From NCBI GenBank assembly GCA_047495785.1, contig JBLDXI010000007.1, positions 1,116,001 to 1,180,000 on the forward strand: DNA of 64,000 nucleotides, read 5' to 3'. Below are positions 11,455 through 22,978 of this stretch, piece by piece; the first letter of the stretch is position 1, and the number at the start of each line of letters is the position of its first letter. The position numbers and the translations under genes were made by a program. Under the pieces are notes generated by a model. The model saw only the letters and a program-made list of their open reading frames with translations. It did no database searches and was not told the origin of the DNA. The DNA is from Lepidodermella squamata. Taxonomy: Eukaryota; Animalia; Gastrotricha.

Positions 11455-12981
11455 TCACAAAGCCGTGGGTAGAATTTCAAATTCTTTAAAATTAAGGTAG
11501 CGATTAACGCATGGCGGCAAGTCAAGTGAATTGATAGCTTGGGATCTTGGCACCAAGCCAACAGGTAGTTGATTCAAAATCACAGCTCGACAAATCGATT
11601 GCAACTTCAAGGGCAGTCTCGATTTTGCGAATCTCAACGCACCTTCAGGCGTAGCTCCATCAAACGCGAGATTCTCTTCAGGTCTCGTGAAGGTCCAAGC
11701 TTCGTCCAACGATGTCGGGTAAATGCTGTCCTCATCAACAGGTTTCCAGCTGGATGATCGGCGGCATTCTAAAATCAGGTCAGCAAAAGCCCCGCGGCGG
11801 CCCCATAATTTCAAATCCACGGCGGCAGTCAAATCGTTCCGCCTTAAAATCGCCAATAAACTACTTCCCATTAGAGGGTAGGTCAAAAAATCGAAAGAAA
11901 GTACGGCACCGGCTCTTAACATAGGAAGAAGAGCGTTTTGAACCAATTTCGCCAAAATCGAACTCGCAGTAGCTTGAATCCCGTAGATGAAGTGGAAAAC
12001 CTGTTCGTGGTGCGATAGCATGTGCAAAATATCGTCACCCTCCAACATTCGACGCTGCCCAACCAGCTCGTCCAGGGCGATAACGTAGTACCGGCTTCCC
12101 AAACGAAGCGTGACGGCGAGACAGGAGTACAAATTCGGCTCCCGATACTGCGCAACGTTTCGATCCAACAAATTTCCGGCACTTGTCGCTTCGATTATCG
12201 CCTGGGGGACTTCGGATCCGTGAATCGCTAAATAGGGTGTTTGAAAAACAGCACAAGCGTCGGCTATACTGTAATCATCGACACTGGCATTGACATCAGC
12301 GCCGTGGGAAATCAGCAGTAGCACTATAGAATTAGCCCGGCGAATTTTCACATCGCGATTTCGGCCATCTTGAATAGCTGTGAATACGTCGAAAGCTCGT
12401 CTCAAGGCGATTTCGTCCGGGTTGATCTCAGGCGTGTAGTAGCTTCGCCACGTCCAGTTCGGCGAAACGCCAGCCTCCAGCAAAATTCGAATACCGTCTT
12501 CGAAAATCGTTGAAATCGCCTGGCTGAGGAGTGAGGCGAGTTGGCACTGTGCCAATGACTTCAAATCGCCGCCTATTAAGGCGGATCTTAACGCATCGGC
12601 GCTTTTCATATTGATCGCACAGGTGATTTTCAAAGCTAGGATGATTTCAGGGTAGCCGTTGTTATTCGGGTAGTTGTTCAAAGATTCAATCATTGATTGG
12701 TACAGGCCTTTGATTGTACCTCGGGCTTGTCGAATTTCTTCTGGTGTTAGGAACACCCGGGTTGTATGGCGGTAGCGAAGGTGCAGCTGTGAATGATCGC
12801 CTTCGAATTCGATTTCGAAGCTAGCGTTTGTTTGCTGGTCGATAAGGGCTGTTGACATTTGTAGGGCTCGGTACGTTACGCCGGCCATACGACCTGAATA
12901 TCCACCGTCTCGGATGAAGGGACATTCGCTGCAGTGGCACGGCACAGTACTATGCCGCCATTTGCCTACTAATCTAGCCAT
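11455..12981 (-). CDS. Ankyrin/SOCS-box protein (ASB-like), single long ORF
   Basis: IRILLEAGVSPN, LLLISHGADVNA; SOCS box PLKLQSICRAVI...LDLPPCVNRYLNF. Confidence 0.9.
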   Translation of the reverse strand: MARLVGKWRHSTVPCHCSECPFIRDGGYSGRMAGVTYRALQMSTALIDQQTNASFEIEFEGDHSQLHLRYRHTTRVFLTPEEIRQARGTIKGLYQSMIESLNNYPNNNGYPEIILALKITCAINMKSADALRSALIGGDLKSLAQCQLASLLSQAISTIFEDGIRILLEAGVSPNWTWRSYYTPEINPDEIALRRAFDVFTAIQDGRNRDVKIRRANSIVLLLISHGADVNASVDDYSIADACAVFQTPYLAIHGSEVPQAIIEATSAGNLLDRNVAQYREPNLYSCLAVTLRLGSRYYVIALDELVGQRRMLEGDDILHMLSHHEQVFHFIYGIQATASSILAKLVQNALLPMLRAGAVLSFDFLTYPLMGSSLLAILRRNDLTAAVDLKLWGRRGAFADLILECRRSSSWKPVDEDSIYPTSLDEAWTFTRPEENLAFDGATPEGALRFAKSRLPLKLQSICRAVILNQLPVGLVPRSQAINSLDLPPCVNRYLNFKEFEILPTAL

Positions 12982-13570
12982 TTCGTAAGTTATCTAAAGC
13001 AAAATGAAGAATTTTTACTTCAGGCCTCAAATTATTGAATGGCGGAGTGAAGTGAGGAAACTGGGCTCTTTAATTAAAATTATTCCACAATCACTAAGTG
13101 TTTAGGAAACGAATGATGACACGTCATTGTTGGGCAGCCGAACACATGGAACTCTGAGTAAAACAAATAGAAGTAAGGCGTCATCACTTAGCGCACCTTT
13201 CGCACACCTTAACGGATGTTGTTTACCCAGTAAAATGATTACTTTGAAAGTGAAAAGAATATTTTTTGAAGGGCTATTAACTCACAAGCGAACAAAACGA
13301 AAGCGAAAAAACGGCTACACTAAATTAAAAGCTATATTTATGGCTTAATTTATGGCAAAATACTGTCAGCTGATTCCGAATTCTGTTATAAGTAAAATTT
13401 AAATGCATTACGAATACCGCCGCAAAACAGGGGCTTCGGGAAAAATATTGAAATAGGGATTAAATCAAGTAAAAATTGTCATCAGATTTACCGAGCGCCA
13501 AATTAAGAATATTTATTCAGGGTATTCATTAAAGTTTGATTGTTTTTTTTCCACATTGCTAATTCACCGG

Positions 13571-13652
13571 GGTGGTGTGGCCGAGTGGTCTAAGGCGCTA
13601 GATTTAGGCTCTAGTCTCTTCGGAGGCGTGGGTTCGAACCCCACCGCTGCCA
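13571..13652 (+). tRNA. tRNA-Leu (TAG)
   Basis: GGTGGTGTGGCCGAGTGGTCTAAGGCG; anticodon arm CTAGA-TT-TAG-GC-TCTAG; long variable arm; GGTTCGAACCC; followed by a T5 Pol III terminator. Confidence 0.96.
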
Positions 13653-13719
13653 ATTTTTGAAATGGGAAATTTAAAATTAGGAACTACAAATAATTTGAGT
13701 TGATGTTCGTTCTCAGACA

Positions 13720-13791
13720 AGCAGAGTGGCGCAGTGGAAGCGCGCTGGGCCCATAACCCAGAGGTCTGTAGATCGAAACTACGCTCTGCTA
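13720..13791 (+). tRNA. Initiator tRNA-Met (CAT)
   Basis: AGCAGAG...CTCTGCT acceptor stem with A1:U72; three consecutive G-C pairs in the anticodon stem around CAT; GATCGAAA T-loop typical of eukaryotic tRNAi. Confidence 0.96.
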
Positions 13792-13908
13792 ACTGTCGCA
13801 CTATTTTTAATCAGAATTTCGAAGTAAATAAGGAATAACCAAATGACTTCAGTACCCACTTATGGTCCAACTGCCGAGCGGGGTCGATCGCGTGGACCTT
13901 TGGCCACT

Positions 13909-14068
13909 AAACTTACCTGGCACTGGGATGAACCGAGCTCAGCAAGTCGGTCGCCCCAGGGCGAGGCGGGCCATTGCACTGCGGTCCGCTGGCCCCTTGC
14001 GCTCTGCCTCATCGGTGGAGTCGGGTGCAAAATATTTCACTTGGGTACCGGCGTTCGCGCCTCACCCG
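13909..14068 (+). ncRNA. U1: U1 spliceosomal snRNA (variant)
   Basis: 5' AAACTTACCTGG; helix H GCACT/GGTGC; SL1 with loop GCTCAGCAAG; SL2 GGGCGAGGC...ATTGCAC (U1A site); SL3; SL4 GGCG-TTCG-CGCC; ~160 nt. Confidence 0.92.
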
Positions 14069-14395
14069 CGAATTACAAAATAAATTGTCAACATTATGTA
14101 TCGCCCTGCTGGCCCTCGATGGACTAGATCAAGTAATAGAATATTTGTGAATACTATACCCTGCAGTCTCCTGTAAAATCAGCTTGTTACGGTTTCTTGG
14201 ATAAAAAAATTGAAAATGCAACAAATGACACGTCATTTATTTTACTTACATTAAATGACCCTACATTCAAGCAGTAAAATAGCATCAATATAAATCAGAA
14301 AATTACTCTGCGAAGCTCAGCTTTATACTGTAGCATCGGAGAAGAATTGGTTCCTTAAATAAAATAAACGAAACTTTTACTCAAAGTTGTTGGGA

Positions 14396-16801
14396 TTAAA
14401 TTCTCTTGATCGTAAAGTAGATGTTCGCGTGAATACCAATAAATGCAGCTAGAGCGACAAGGAAAGCAATGATGTCGATAAGCCTTGCCACAGTGATGCG
14501 TTTCTTCAGGATTCCACCGATCATCTCACCTCCTCTGCAGCACGCTACCAGCCAAACAGTCGCCATTTGGTAAATCGTGATAGCTGCAGCGAAGAACACC
14601 AGTTGCATGATGTATTCACCCAATAGGGAGCGATTTTCAGTCTGAGGCAATACTGATCTTACGTCAGCCTGGGCTACGACCAGGGCTAGAAGCGATGTGA
14701 CTGTGAAGGTCGGTCTTTCAGCAGTTTCAGGCAGCAAGAAAAACGTCAACAGGTTGATGGACGACAGGACAGCACTAGGCAGGGCCAAATTAACGAGATA
14801 GTAGTCAGGGATTCGTTTGATCCTAATTGAAAAATTAGCGGCATGAACGGTTTCCCCCATGAAGATTCGAATTGACGTCTCCTTCCCCAGCTGAGTCAGC
14901 CGCCACTTGTCCGTCACATTGCTCTCAGCCCAATCAAAATAGATGGCTGAAAATTGGACTCGGTCATAATTTCGAACCATTTGAAACGTAAAGTCGCATT
15001 CCTGGGTGTCGAATGGGAAGTTGTCGAGATTCAGCGGACAATCCGACTCCAGCAGGCCTTCCCTTACCCAGTAGAAACTCAGCGTGACGTTGTCCCCCTT
15101 TTCAGGCACATCCATGTAAACAGTCAGATCTTGAGCATAGCCGTCAAGATGGTAGTTGGACGTAGCTGTCGATGTGAATCTGGCATAAGGTAGCCAAGCT
15201 TCATCCGCAGATGTTACCTGCAATTTCTGACCCCGAGCTAAGTACATATTTTGCGCTTTATTCGAACAAGTTGTTACGTTCCATTTCGCCAGCATAATAA
15301 CGTCAATTGCAATCTTCTGCGCCACATTATCGACATCCCGAAGCGAGTTGACGATAAGAACAAAGCTGACAAGGTTCGGTGAATCGTTGTTTGGTGGGAA
15401 GGCCCTCAAGGCCGAAAAATCTTCACAATACGGTTTGATTTCGGAAAGTTGTATCGGATTTAGCTCATAACTTGGAATTTTCGGGATGTATTGTTCTAGT
15501 GGTGAGCTAGCAAACCTAGCGAAAGATGAGGGTTCAGCCGTTGTAAGAGGATATGACACCGTTTTAGATGATCCAATGACAGCAGGAGTTGTTGCTTTAC
15601 TTGTAGTCCAGCTAGTAGTTGGTGACACGGTTGTCGTAGGTGTATTAGAGCTTGATGCTTTCGAAGTTGTCACCGATGATGTCACCGGTGTCGTCGATGT
15701 GGATGGAGTCGTCGAGCTCTTTGTCGTTGATGTCGATGCTGTAGTCGTAGACGTGGTGCTGGTGGTCACTGTTGTTGTCGTCGGTGGGACAAACCCTCCA
15801 ACAGCTGGTTCCATTGCAACGGGCGTTGCCGCAGTGTTAACAGTTTCGAACGAGTACAGTTTTCCCTCAACTCCTGGCGAATATTTCTCGCCGTTTTCAG
15901 CAGCGACTCCGATGACATAGGGACCACCGGTAGCGAACCCTGTTATTGCTTTCGATTGCACGATAGTTTTACTGTCCCCGTTACAGTTGCGAAGCTGGAC
16001 CTTCGATTTTAAAAGCTGCTTTATCTCGTGGCAAAATTATATGCTCTAACTCACGTTCAAGATGTCGTTTCCTATCGTTATGGTGTACGTATGATTTCCG
16101 TAAGGTAAATTTCCTAAAGGAAAATCACCCACCACTTTTGGAGTGTCATACCAAGCCTTTGCCGGGTCAAAGTAGGTTGTAGCGTTTTGAAAATAAACAT
16201 AGGCTAATTGATTGTCGTAGTAGCATTCAACTATCAAGCCTCTGATTGGTTTCTTCATGAAAATAGTATGTGGCTCGACTGGAAAATAATCAATAAATGG
16301 GCAATTAGCTCATCATTTTCCATCAAATTATTAATTACATACAGGCTCCAAATGATTGGAGAGAATTTGGTTGAAGGATGTAAATCAACAATCCGTCGGA
16401 CTTTGTTAAGGCGGGGCTAGTGATGCCGAAAGAAACAGTTAAATTCAAACCAGTGACATCGTTCATCATCTATGGTACAAGCCTTGAACCTTTGTCTGAC
16501 GAAACTGTAACATCAACATACTTTCTTTGAAACCAATACATAAGCAGCCTTTTCTAGTTCGTAGAAAGGAAACCCGGCGCTTCCAGCTGGAACGATTGGC
16601 AACGTCTGGCTTACAGTAGCGTTTTTAACGATATAATACCAGTTATCGATATCTAAAAAGTACTTGGATATTTCCTCTCCCAATTAGAAGATGATTACCT
16701 GTATTATTTCCGAAGAAGGTGAATTCAGGTAAGATGACTCCCGATGGTTCGGAACCGGGCAAAACCATCCAAAAAATGCATAAATTAATAGCGAGAAACA
16801 T
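14396..16801 (-). CDS. Cys-loop (pentameric) ligand-gated ion channel subunit with N-terminal LamG/TSPN-like domain and Thr/Ser stalk (~729 aa, 5 exons)
   Basis: Exons 16801-16699, 16652-16522, 16469-16343, 16278-16055 and 16000-14396 splice in frame through GT-AG introns. Signal peptide MFLAINLCIFWMVLPG; Cys-loop CPLNLDNFPFDTQEC; KRIPDYY-M1; M2 AERPTFTVTSLLALVV; four TMs. Confidence 0.88.
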
Positions 16802-17123
16802 TATTTCCGAATGTTTCAAATTTTCATTCCGTGGGTAAGGTACGAACTAAGGCCGAAACTCAGCTGGTTATTTGCATTATTTAATTGACACGAAGCTACC
16901 TGAATTTTCGCCTTTCGAAGTAATATTTCCAACGTACCGTGTCACTGTGTATACAAAGTACCCGAATTTGTTCGGCTAGCAATCGAATTTATCTATGTCA
17001 ACAAATTGTTAACAATGAATAGGCCACATCTATCAGGTTTCCTTAGCTGATTTTCGAGTTTCGTCTTCGATGATGAAAAATCTTGTTAACATCTGGAGGG
17101 AAAGGTGTAGAAACCGTATAAAA

Positions 17124-17965
17124 CAGTGGTGCGCAAACTCGGTTTTTCCGGCCGATTGCGGCCATTTTTGGCGGCCGGCTGGCCATTCGGCTCAGTATAG
17201 CATCACGTGCGGCCGGTCGAGGCTTGTGCATTCGGTGATTTGGTATTATGGCGGGTGAGAACGCACCCAGCTCCAAAATCTTGTTGAGTAATCGATAGAT
17301 CTAGCCACCTTAATTTAATGAGGTAATTTGTGTAATTTTTCTTGGTAAAATGACGGCTGAAATTTGCGACTAATCGAAAATCTGATCGATGGACTATCTT
17401 GCTAATTTCGGCGGTTTATTCCTCCTCGAATGAGAAGGTCACGAGTTTTCCACCTTGTCTTTGCCGCTTTCAAGTTGATAAAACGGAGAGATTTCATAAA
17501 CCTTGGACCTGTTTTCTATCTGGAACGTCCATTAATAATTGCGTTTCAAACCGTCCATCATCTTGCACTAAAGCCTAAACTTGGACGTGAAATTTTCGGA
17601 ACCATAGATTGGAACGTGGTATACAATTTTTTGTATTTAAGATGAATCTGAATTTGAGACTGGTAACAAGACAGGGGATCAATGATTTAACCCGATAAGG
17701 CTGGCTTGCATTATTGGCTTTTGGGTTTCGCATGTTTTGCATCATCCACCGTAGAAAATTGGAAATAGGTATTAATTTTGAATTTTCCCGTCAAAATCTT
17801 GATTTAGAGAAAAATTTTACAAAGAAAATCAGTTGATTTGGCCGATGGCATGTAAAAATATTCTGGCAGTGCGGCCGGTTTAAGACGCCGAGAGTGTTTG
17901 CGGCCGGTTAGGGACATTTCCGGCCGCCAAAATTGCCGGTAGTGGAATAAGTTTGCGCACCACTG
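17124..17965. mobile_element. hAT-like non-autonomous element
   Basis: 16-bp perfect TIRs CAGTGGTGCGCAAACT/AGTTTGCGCACCACTG; subterminal CGGCCG repeats; degenerate flank match ccgtataaaa / ccgtaaaa. Confidence 0.75.
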
Positions 17966-18110
17966 CCGTAAAATTAAAAAAAAATAAACATTTTATTCCG
18001 ATTTCATAGTTCTTCCATCCAGAAAAAAACGATTCGAAGTATAGGTAGGTACATCATCGGATTCATTTTACAATCGCTCAGTAAGAATTCGCGGAAAATA
18101 AGGCAACAAA

Positions 18111-19190
18111 TTATTCAACAGTTCCCGCTGGACTGTTCTTCGACATCAATTTTTTCAGAAATTTCAAGGTTTCATCTCGTTTGTTATTCACAGCTCGAGC
18201 GTACGGGGTTTCACCATCACACTTCAAATAAACAAGTTCAGGCTTCAAATCACACAAATATTTGACAACGCTAAGGTTGCCGTTTTCCGCAGCTCGATGA
18301 ATGGCCGAAAAATTGGCCAAACCCCATTTTCTAGAAATAGATGTGACCAACGTAACATCAGCGCCATTTTCGACAAGAACTTTCAGAACGTCGAGATAGC
18401 CCTTCTCTGCGGCTACCATTGCAGCAGTTATGCCCTGCCAGTTTGTTTCGTTCACCTTGCAACCTCGGGATAGAAGCCATTCAACCAAATCGACTCGTCC
18501 TGATGTCGTAGCCGCCGTCAAAACTGACTGATCTCTGGCGATTTTCTTAGAAGTTAAAATCCCAGGATCGACGGTGACTAAATACTTGAATACATCAATA
18601 GCGTCATTTCCTAAGGCGGAGTGCGCTGGGCTTGGGGTCCCGTGACCAGCAATTCTTGTCTTGGCACCCAATCGGACCAAGGTTCGGACTGTTGGCAACT
18701 CGTGAGATATGGCAGCACGGTGTAGAGGCGTGGCATCTGCCATATCTTTACAATCAATATCCACGTTCATCTGTTGGACCAAGTAACAGACAATGCTGGG
18801 GCTACCCGCATCTGCAGCCTTATGAAGCGGAGTGAATCCATATTCGCCACGAGCTTCAGCCAATTTTTCATCCACGCGGCATAATATTTTTACGGTCTCT
18901 AGAGAGCCGGCGCAACATGCCAGGTGTATTGGCAAGGCGTCATCTTCGCGCATACTGCTCCGGCTCTCGTTCCGGGTCTTGGCCCAGATATCGGCGCCCT
19001 GTGTGACAAGATAGGAGGCGAGATCCGCGTTGCCGTTATAACAGGCGTAGTGCAAAATGCGCTTCGAATCGGCCCATGGATCGGCCGATTCGAGGGCATA
19101 TTTTCGGCAATCTGCCGGCAAATAGGAAAACACGTCTTTAATCGCTGCCAAATCGCCGGCCTCAGCAAGAGTGTGAAGCCATCGAATCAT
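18111..19190 (-). CDS. Multi-ankyrin-repeat ORF (unit 1); possibly the last exon of the upstream RING gene
   Basis: About 9 ankyrin repeats (TPLHKAA, TPLHRAA, GADV); paralogous to 25254-26321. Confidence 0.9.
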   Translation of the reverse strand: MIRWLHTLAEAGDLAAIKDVFSYLPADCRKYALESADPWADSKRILHYACYNGNADLASYLVTQGADIWAKTRNESRSSMREDDALPIHLACCAGSLETVKILCRVDEKLAEARGEYGFTPLHKAADAGSPSIVCYLVQQMNVDIDCKDMADATPLHRAAISHELPTVRTLVRLGAKTRIAGHGTPSPAHSALGNDAIDVFKYLVTVDPGILTSKKIARDQSVLTAATTSGRVDLVEWLLSRGCKVNETNWQGITAAMVAAEKGYLDVLKVLVENGADVTLVTSISRKWGLANFSAIHRAAENGNLSVVKYLCDLKPELVYLKCDGETPYARAVNNKRDETLKFLKKLMSKNSPAGTVE

Positions 19191-19468
19191 TAGCGGAATT
19201 TTCTTGAAAAAATAAATACACAGAAATTAATACGAGAATCAGAAAAGAAAGTTGGATGTCATTTCAAAGAACTGTGGCCACACTGGAAATTGGAAAAAAG
19301 TCAATCGATCTCTCAATTGGTTTCGAAATTTTATGATGAAATAACAAATTTTTCAGAAGCTTTTCTATTTCGAAAAAACAACATTTTAAATTCGACTTGA
19401 AATGTAGGCTTGAACTTCAATTTTTACGTGCAATAGTTTTCCATAATATTTAAAAATTGAGGAAAATA

Positions 19469-19646
19469 CCGTATTTGTTCTTATAGCAGCCCGGGCTATT
19501 GAAATTTAACCTCGAAATTTCGAAAAATTCGAAAATTAATTTTTCGGTGAATCGTTCATTTTTCATGTTTACGAGCCCACTAGGCCCCTTAACCTTGGGC
19601 TACTATTGACAATGGGCGAACAGAGTTACTATTGGAACAAATACGG
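19469..19646. mobile_element. Tc1/mariner-pogo-type MITE
   Basis: TIRs CCGTATTTGTTC/GAACAAATACGG, flanked by TA on both sides. Confidence 0.75.
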
Positions 19647-19691
19647 TATTTAAATGGTTTATTTCAAAATTTAGAAACCATAGCAATAGCT

Positions 19692-19920
19692 ACAGCGTGT
19701 CCCATAAGTTGCGCAACCATTGTTTATTTTGGAACGCTTTGTAGGAAATTCAAATAATTTTTTGAAAATAGACCGTAGAAGATTAACTTCCATCCTTTAT
19801 CCGCGACTTCACCGAAGAAATTGAAAATTTACCGGAGAAAACCCGTAAAAACCCGATGGTAACTGGTTCGGTAATTTTCGGTATTTTACACGGCTGGACC
19901 GAATTTCTCCGGATTTGTTT
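19692..19920 (+). mobile_element. DNA transposon end fragment (homologous, inverted, to 27170-27380)
   Basis: TA-CAGCGTGTCCCATAAGTTGCGCAACCATT here; AATGGTTGCGCAACTTATGGGACGCGCTG at ~27352-27380; similarity extends ~200 bp (e.g. AAAATTTACCGGAGAAAA). Confidence 0.65.
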
Positions 19921-20506
19921 TAATCCTATAATGACAAGTGATACAATTGATTACTATTCTCATGACATTCCGAATTTTTTAAGGTTTCCCGGGCGTGAGA
20001 AGTGACTCCGTCTTTTATTTTAGAGTTCCTTGTCCGTTTTAGTTTAAATGAGCCTTTCTAGTGGAATTTTGTTGTAAAAAGAGGGTTGCCAAGTCAACAC
20101 CCTAGATTAAGGGTTCCAAAGCTAAATTTCTCCAAAATATGGTTTTTCGAGTTCATAGTTTTCACTATATAGGAATCCCTTTTTTATTATGACGCCTAAC
20201 TGATCGGCCGATCTATTACGTTTATTTGAAGCTACAATGGCTGCCTATACTTATATACTTCAGCCTGGCACGCCATTTTCGATTTCCGTTATCCAATTAA
20301 CAAATCAGTGATTTCTCCGATAATACCAGTCGTGGGAATCAAGATTGAAGTTTTTCTAGTTACCTGAGTAGCGGCTGAAGGGTGAATCATTTTATAACAA
20401 GGAAATTGTCAGAGTCGCAAAATTTAGAGCTGAAACCTAAATTTTAGTGGGCTAATTGATAGACCCGATTAATTTATAAAAGAAAACCGATGGGCTTACA
20501 ACTCAC

Positions 20507-21477
20507 TTTAATATCACCAGCTTCTTCCTTCGCAGACTTTTTACAATTTTGCCAATAATTCGACGCATTTTCAGCCGCCGCCATGCGCTCATCTTCACTA
20601 GTATCCTGGGCCCAAACGGGCGTCGACAATTCCAGACCGTGCAAATTTACCGCAAGCTCCCCACTCATCATCTTCAACAAATCGAAGCAACCACAGAGGT
20701 AGGCGAAGCTTAACTGCTCGACAGAAAGCGACGTTAAATCATAACAAAAATCAGCGATCCAAGGCCAGTAGTCTTTGCCAAATGTTTGATGGAATTTCAG
20801 GACGACGTCTTCGCCTAGATCAACCCGTCTTCGTAAACCCTCAGCATTTTTGTCGACCCAAGCGTTTGTTCTCCTTTGCAGCATCAAAAACTGAAAATGC
20901 CATACTTCGAAAATGAAAATAATATTATAAAGGAAATGAACTCTCACGTGTTGAACAAGCCATATTGCTTCGATTCGAACTCGTTCTTTGTGCCGATAGA
21001 GACAAATTTGACAAAATTCGCGGGTGCAGTGATCACACATGATCGGCTCTTCGACGAGTGGCAAATGGGTGCAATCGTCGATAACTGCGTCGAAATCGCC
21101 CATCGCAGTGTCCTTGTCTCGGTTCTTTACCCATTCAATCAATTGTTTTAGGGCATAGTTGGTTGGAAAAGCTGTAAAAGGTTCCAGATAATTCGATCCG
21201 AAACTGGGAAAAGTTGTCTCTTTACCTTTGTCGAAGTCATTGTCTTCAGAGCAAACAGGGCATGTCATTTCAAAATCTTCCCGTCTCAATTTATCGATGC
21301 AGTGTTGACATATTTCATGGCCGCATTCAGGTAGGACCTTTGATGGAGCCCTTAATTGGTCACGGTAGGATCCGCCGCAGCGAGGGCAACTCGGTAGCTA
21401 GATTGCGAAAAAGTTATGAAGTTGAGGAAAGCTGCTAGTCAAGCTTTTACCAATCGAAAATCACCGATTTCGTCCAT
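20507..21477 (-). CDS. RING-HC / B-box-like / helical (TRIM-like) E3 ligase exons, unit 1; 3' end uncertain
   Basis: Spliced MDEIGDFRL|LPSCPRC...ECGHEICQHC...TCPVC (C3HC4 RING), PTNYAL, then CTH...CDHCTREFCQICLYRH. Confidence 0.82.
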
Positions 21478-22978
21478 ACACAAGCCTTTTTTAACGTGAA
21501 ATCAAATTCAAATGGCTTCAAAGAGATGATGAAAATTAGAGTTCTGTTCTCGTATGTAATGCGCTGCGGTAGACTTTTATTTTTGATTGTTATGTCATAC
21601 AATTTTTTCGAGTTTCTTCGGCGTTGTTGAATTCAAATGAAGTATTTTCAAGCCAGAATAGAAATCTGATTAATGTTAGAGGGAGGAAGCTGTTGAACAT
21701 GCAAATGAGCGTAAAAAATTTCCCGCTTATTGTCGAAAGCAAGGCAAATTGCGAAAAATCAGGTTAAAATCTGAAAAATCTTAGAATTTGCAAGAATATC
21801 AGGAATCACATTGTCCAATTTCGTTTGAAATTCTAGAATTTTTTAGCAAATCTGATTTGTTACCGTTTAGCCAGTGAGTGCCATCTTCAATTTGAGGCTT
21901 CAGCACTATATTTTTTCCCCAAAATACGTTTTTCTTAGTTTCCTTTCCGGTAGTTCCCGTTTAACCTCGATTTTTCATTTTTCATCATTGTGCCAAAGCG
22001 ATGGATCGCTCAGCCCATGTCGAGCTTCGGCGGTCAGTTTTACTTCAGTTTTCGAAGCCGGGTTGGATTTTACAAATCAGCGATTTTTCCGATATCAGCC
22101 ACCTTGGAAGCCATACTTCAAATCGCTCTGAAATCTGAAAAATCTGAAACATTTAGGGCTGCTACTTCAAGTTTATATGTGAAAATATTTAAGCTTGGTT
22201 TTTTCCAAAGTTACCCTTCGTTTTATTCGTCGGACTTTCACTGACGAGATTTTTTATTCTACAGCTTCAAGAAAGAGACTAGTATCGTATTACTAAGAGC
22301 GTTCTTTTTGGAACTTGGAACTTGGAACTTGGAAATTTGAAAGGTGTTATTTTTTTACAGGTGAACAAGCAAATGACATCAGATCTTAAATATTAGTCCT
22401 TTTGATATTTGATACCAAAAGAAGCTAGAATTCTCTCGCTATTTTCTTTGAAGTTTTTGTAAGCAAGATCGCATCAAAACTGGCGTGCGCGGGAAAATTC
22501 TACGTCCATTTAGTAATTAGAGATAATCCACAGCCATCTACATCTACCATCGGGGCAGTTGGCCGCGCCAATTTTTGCCTTACTACCTTGAGACAGAAGC
22601 CATTCGAATGGGGTCGCTCGCATGCCTGCATACGCTAATATATTGATGCGTGATTCACTGTGAACCTGAATAAATGAATAAATCAGAATTATTTATCTAG
22701 GCCTGAACGCCATTTTTTACTGCAAGCATCATACGCCATTTGTTTTTTTCTAGGCGATGCGGGTCGTTTAGTCCTCCGCGATATAGGATATAGGATATAG
22801 GATGTCGGTAAGCCCGTTCAACGGCGACGGCAATGAACCTTATGAACTATACACAGAGGGATTCAATAACTTTCATCAGAATTTCAGATTCCCGAAATTA
22901 GAATTACAGATTACAGAAATTACAGGATAAAAGCTAAAATAATTAATGGCGTAATTAAATTTTCTATTTTTTCTCAAT

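Noticed and set aside
13604-13801. 65-aa minus-strand ORF
   Set aside because: Antisense to the two tRNA genes.
13843-14127. GC-rich ORFs of 94 and 73 aa
   Set aside because: They overlap the U1 snRNA, which explains the sequence.
15486-15920. Val-rich 144-aa ORF
   Set aside because: Antisense shadow of the Thr-rich stalk codons.
22310-22926. Short tandem repeats (TTGGAAC)n, (GATATAG)n and ATTACAG
   Set aside because: Only 3-4 units each; ordinary slippage.
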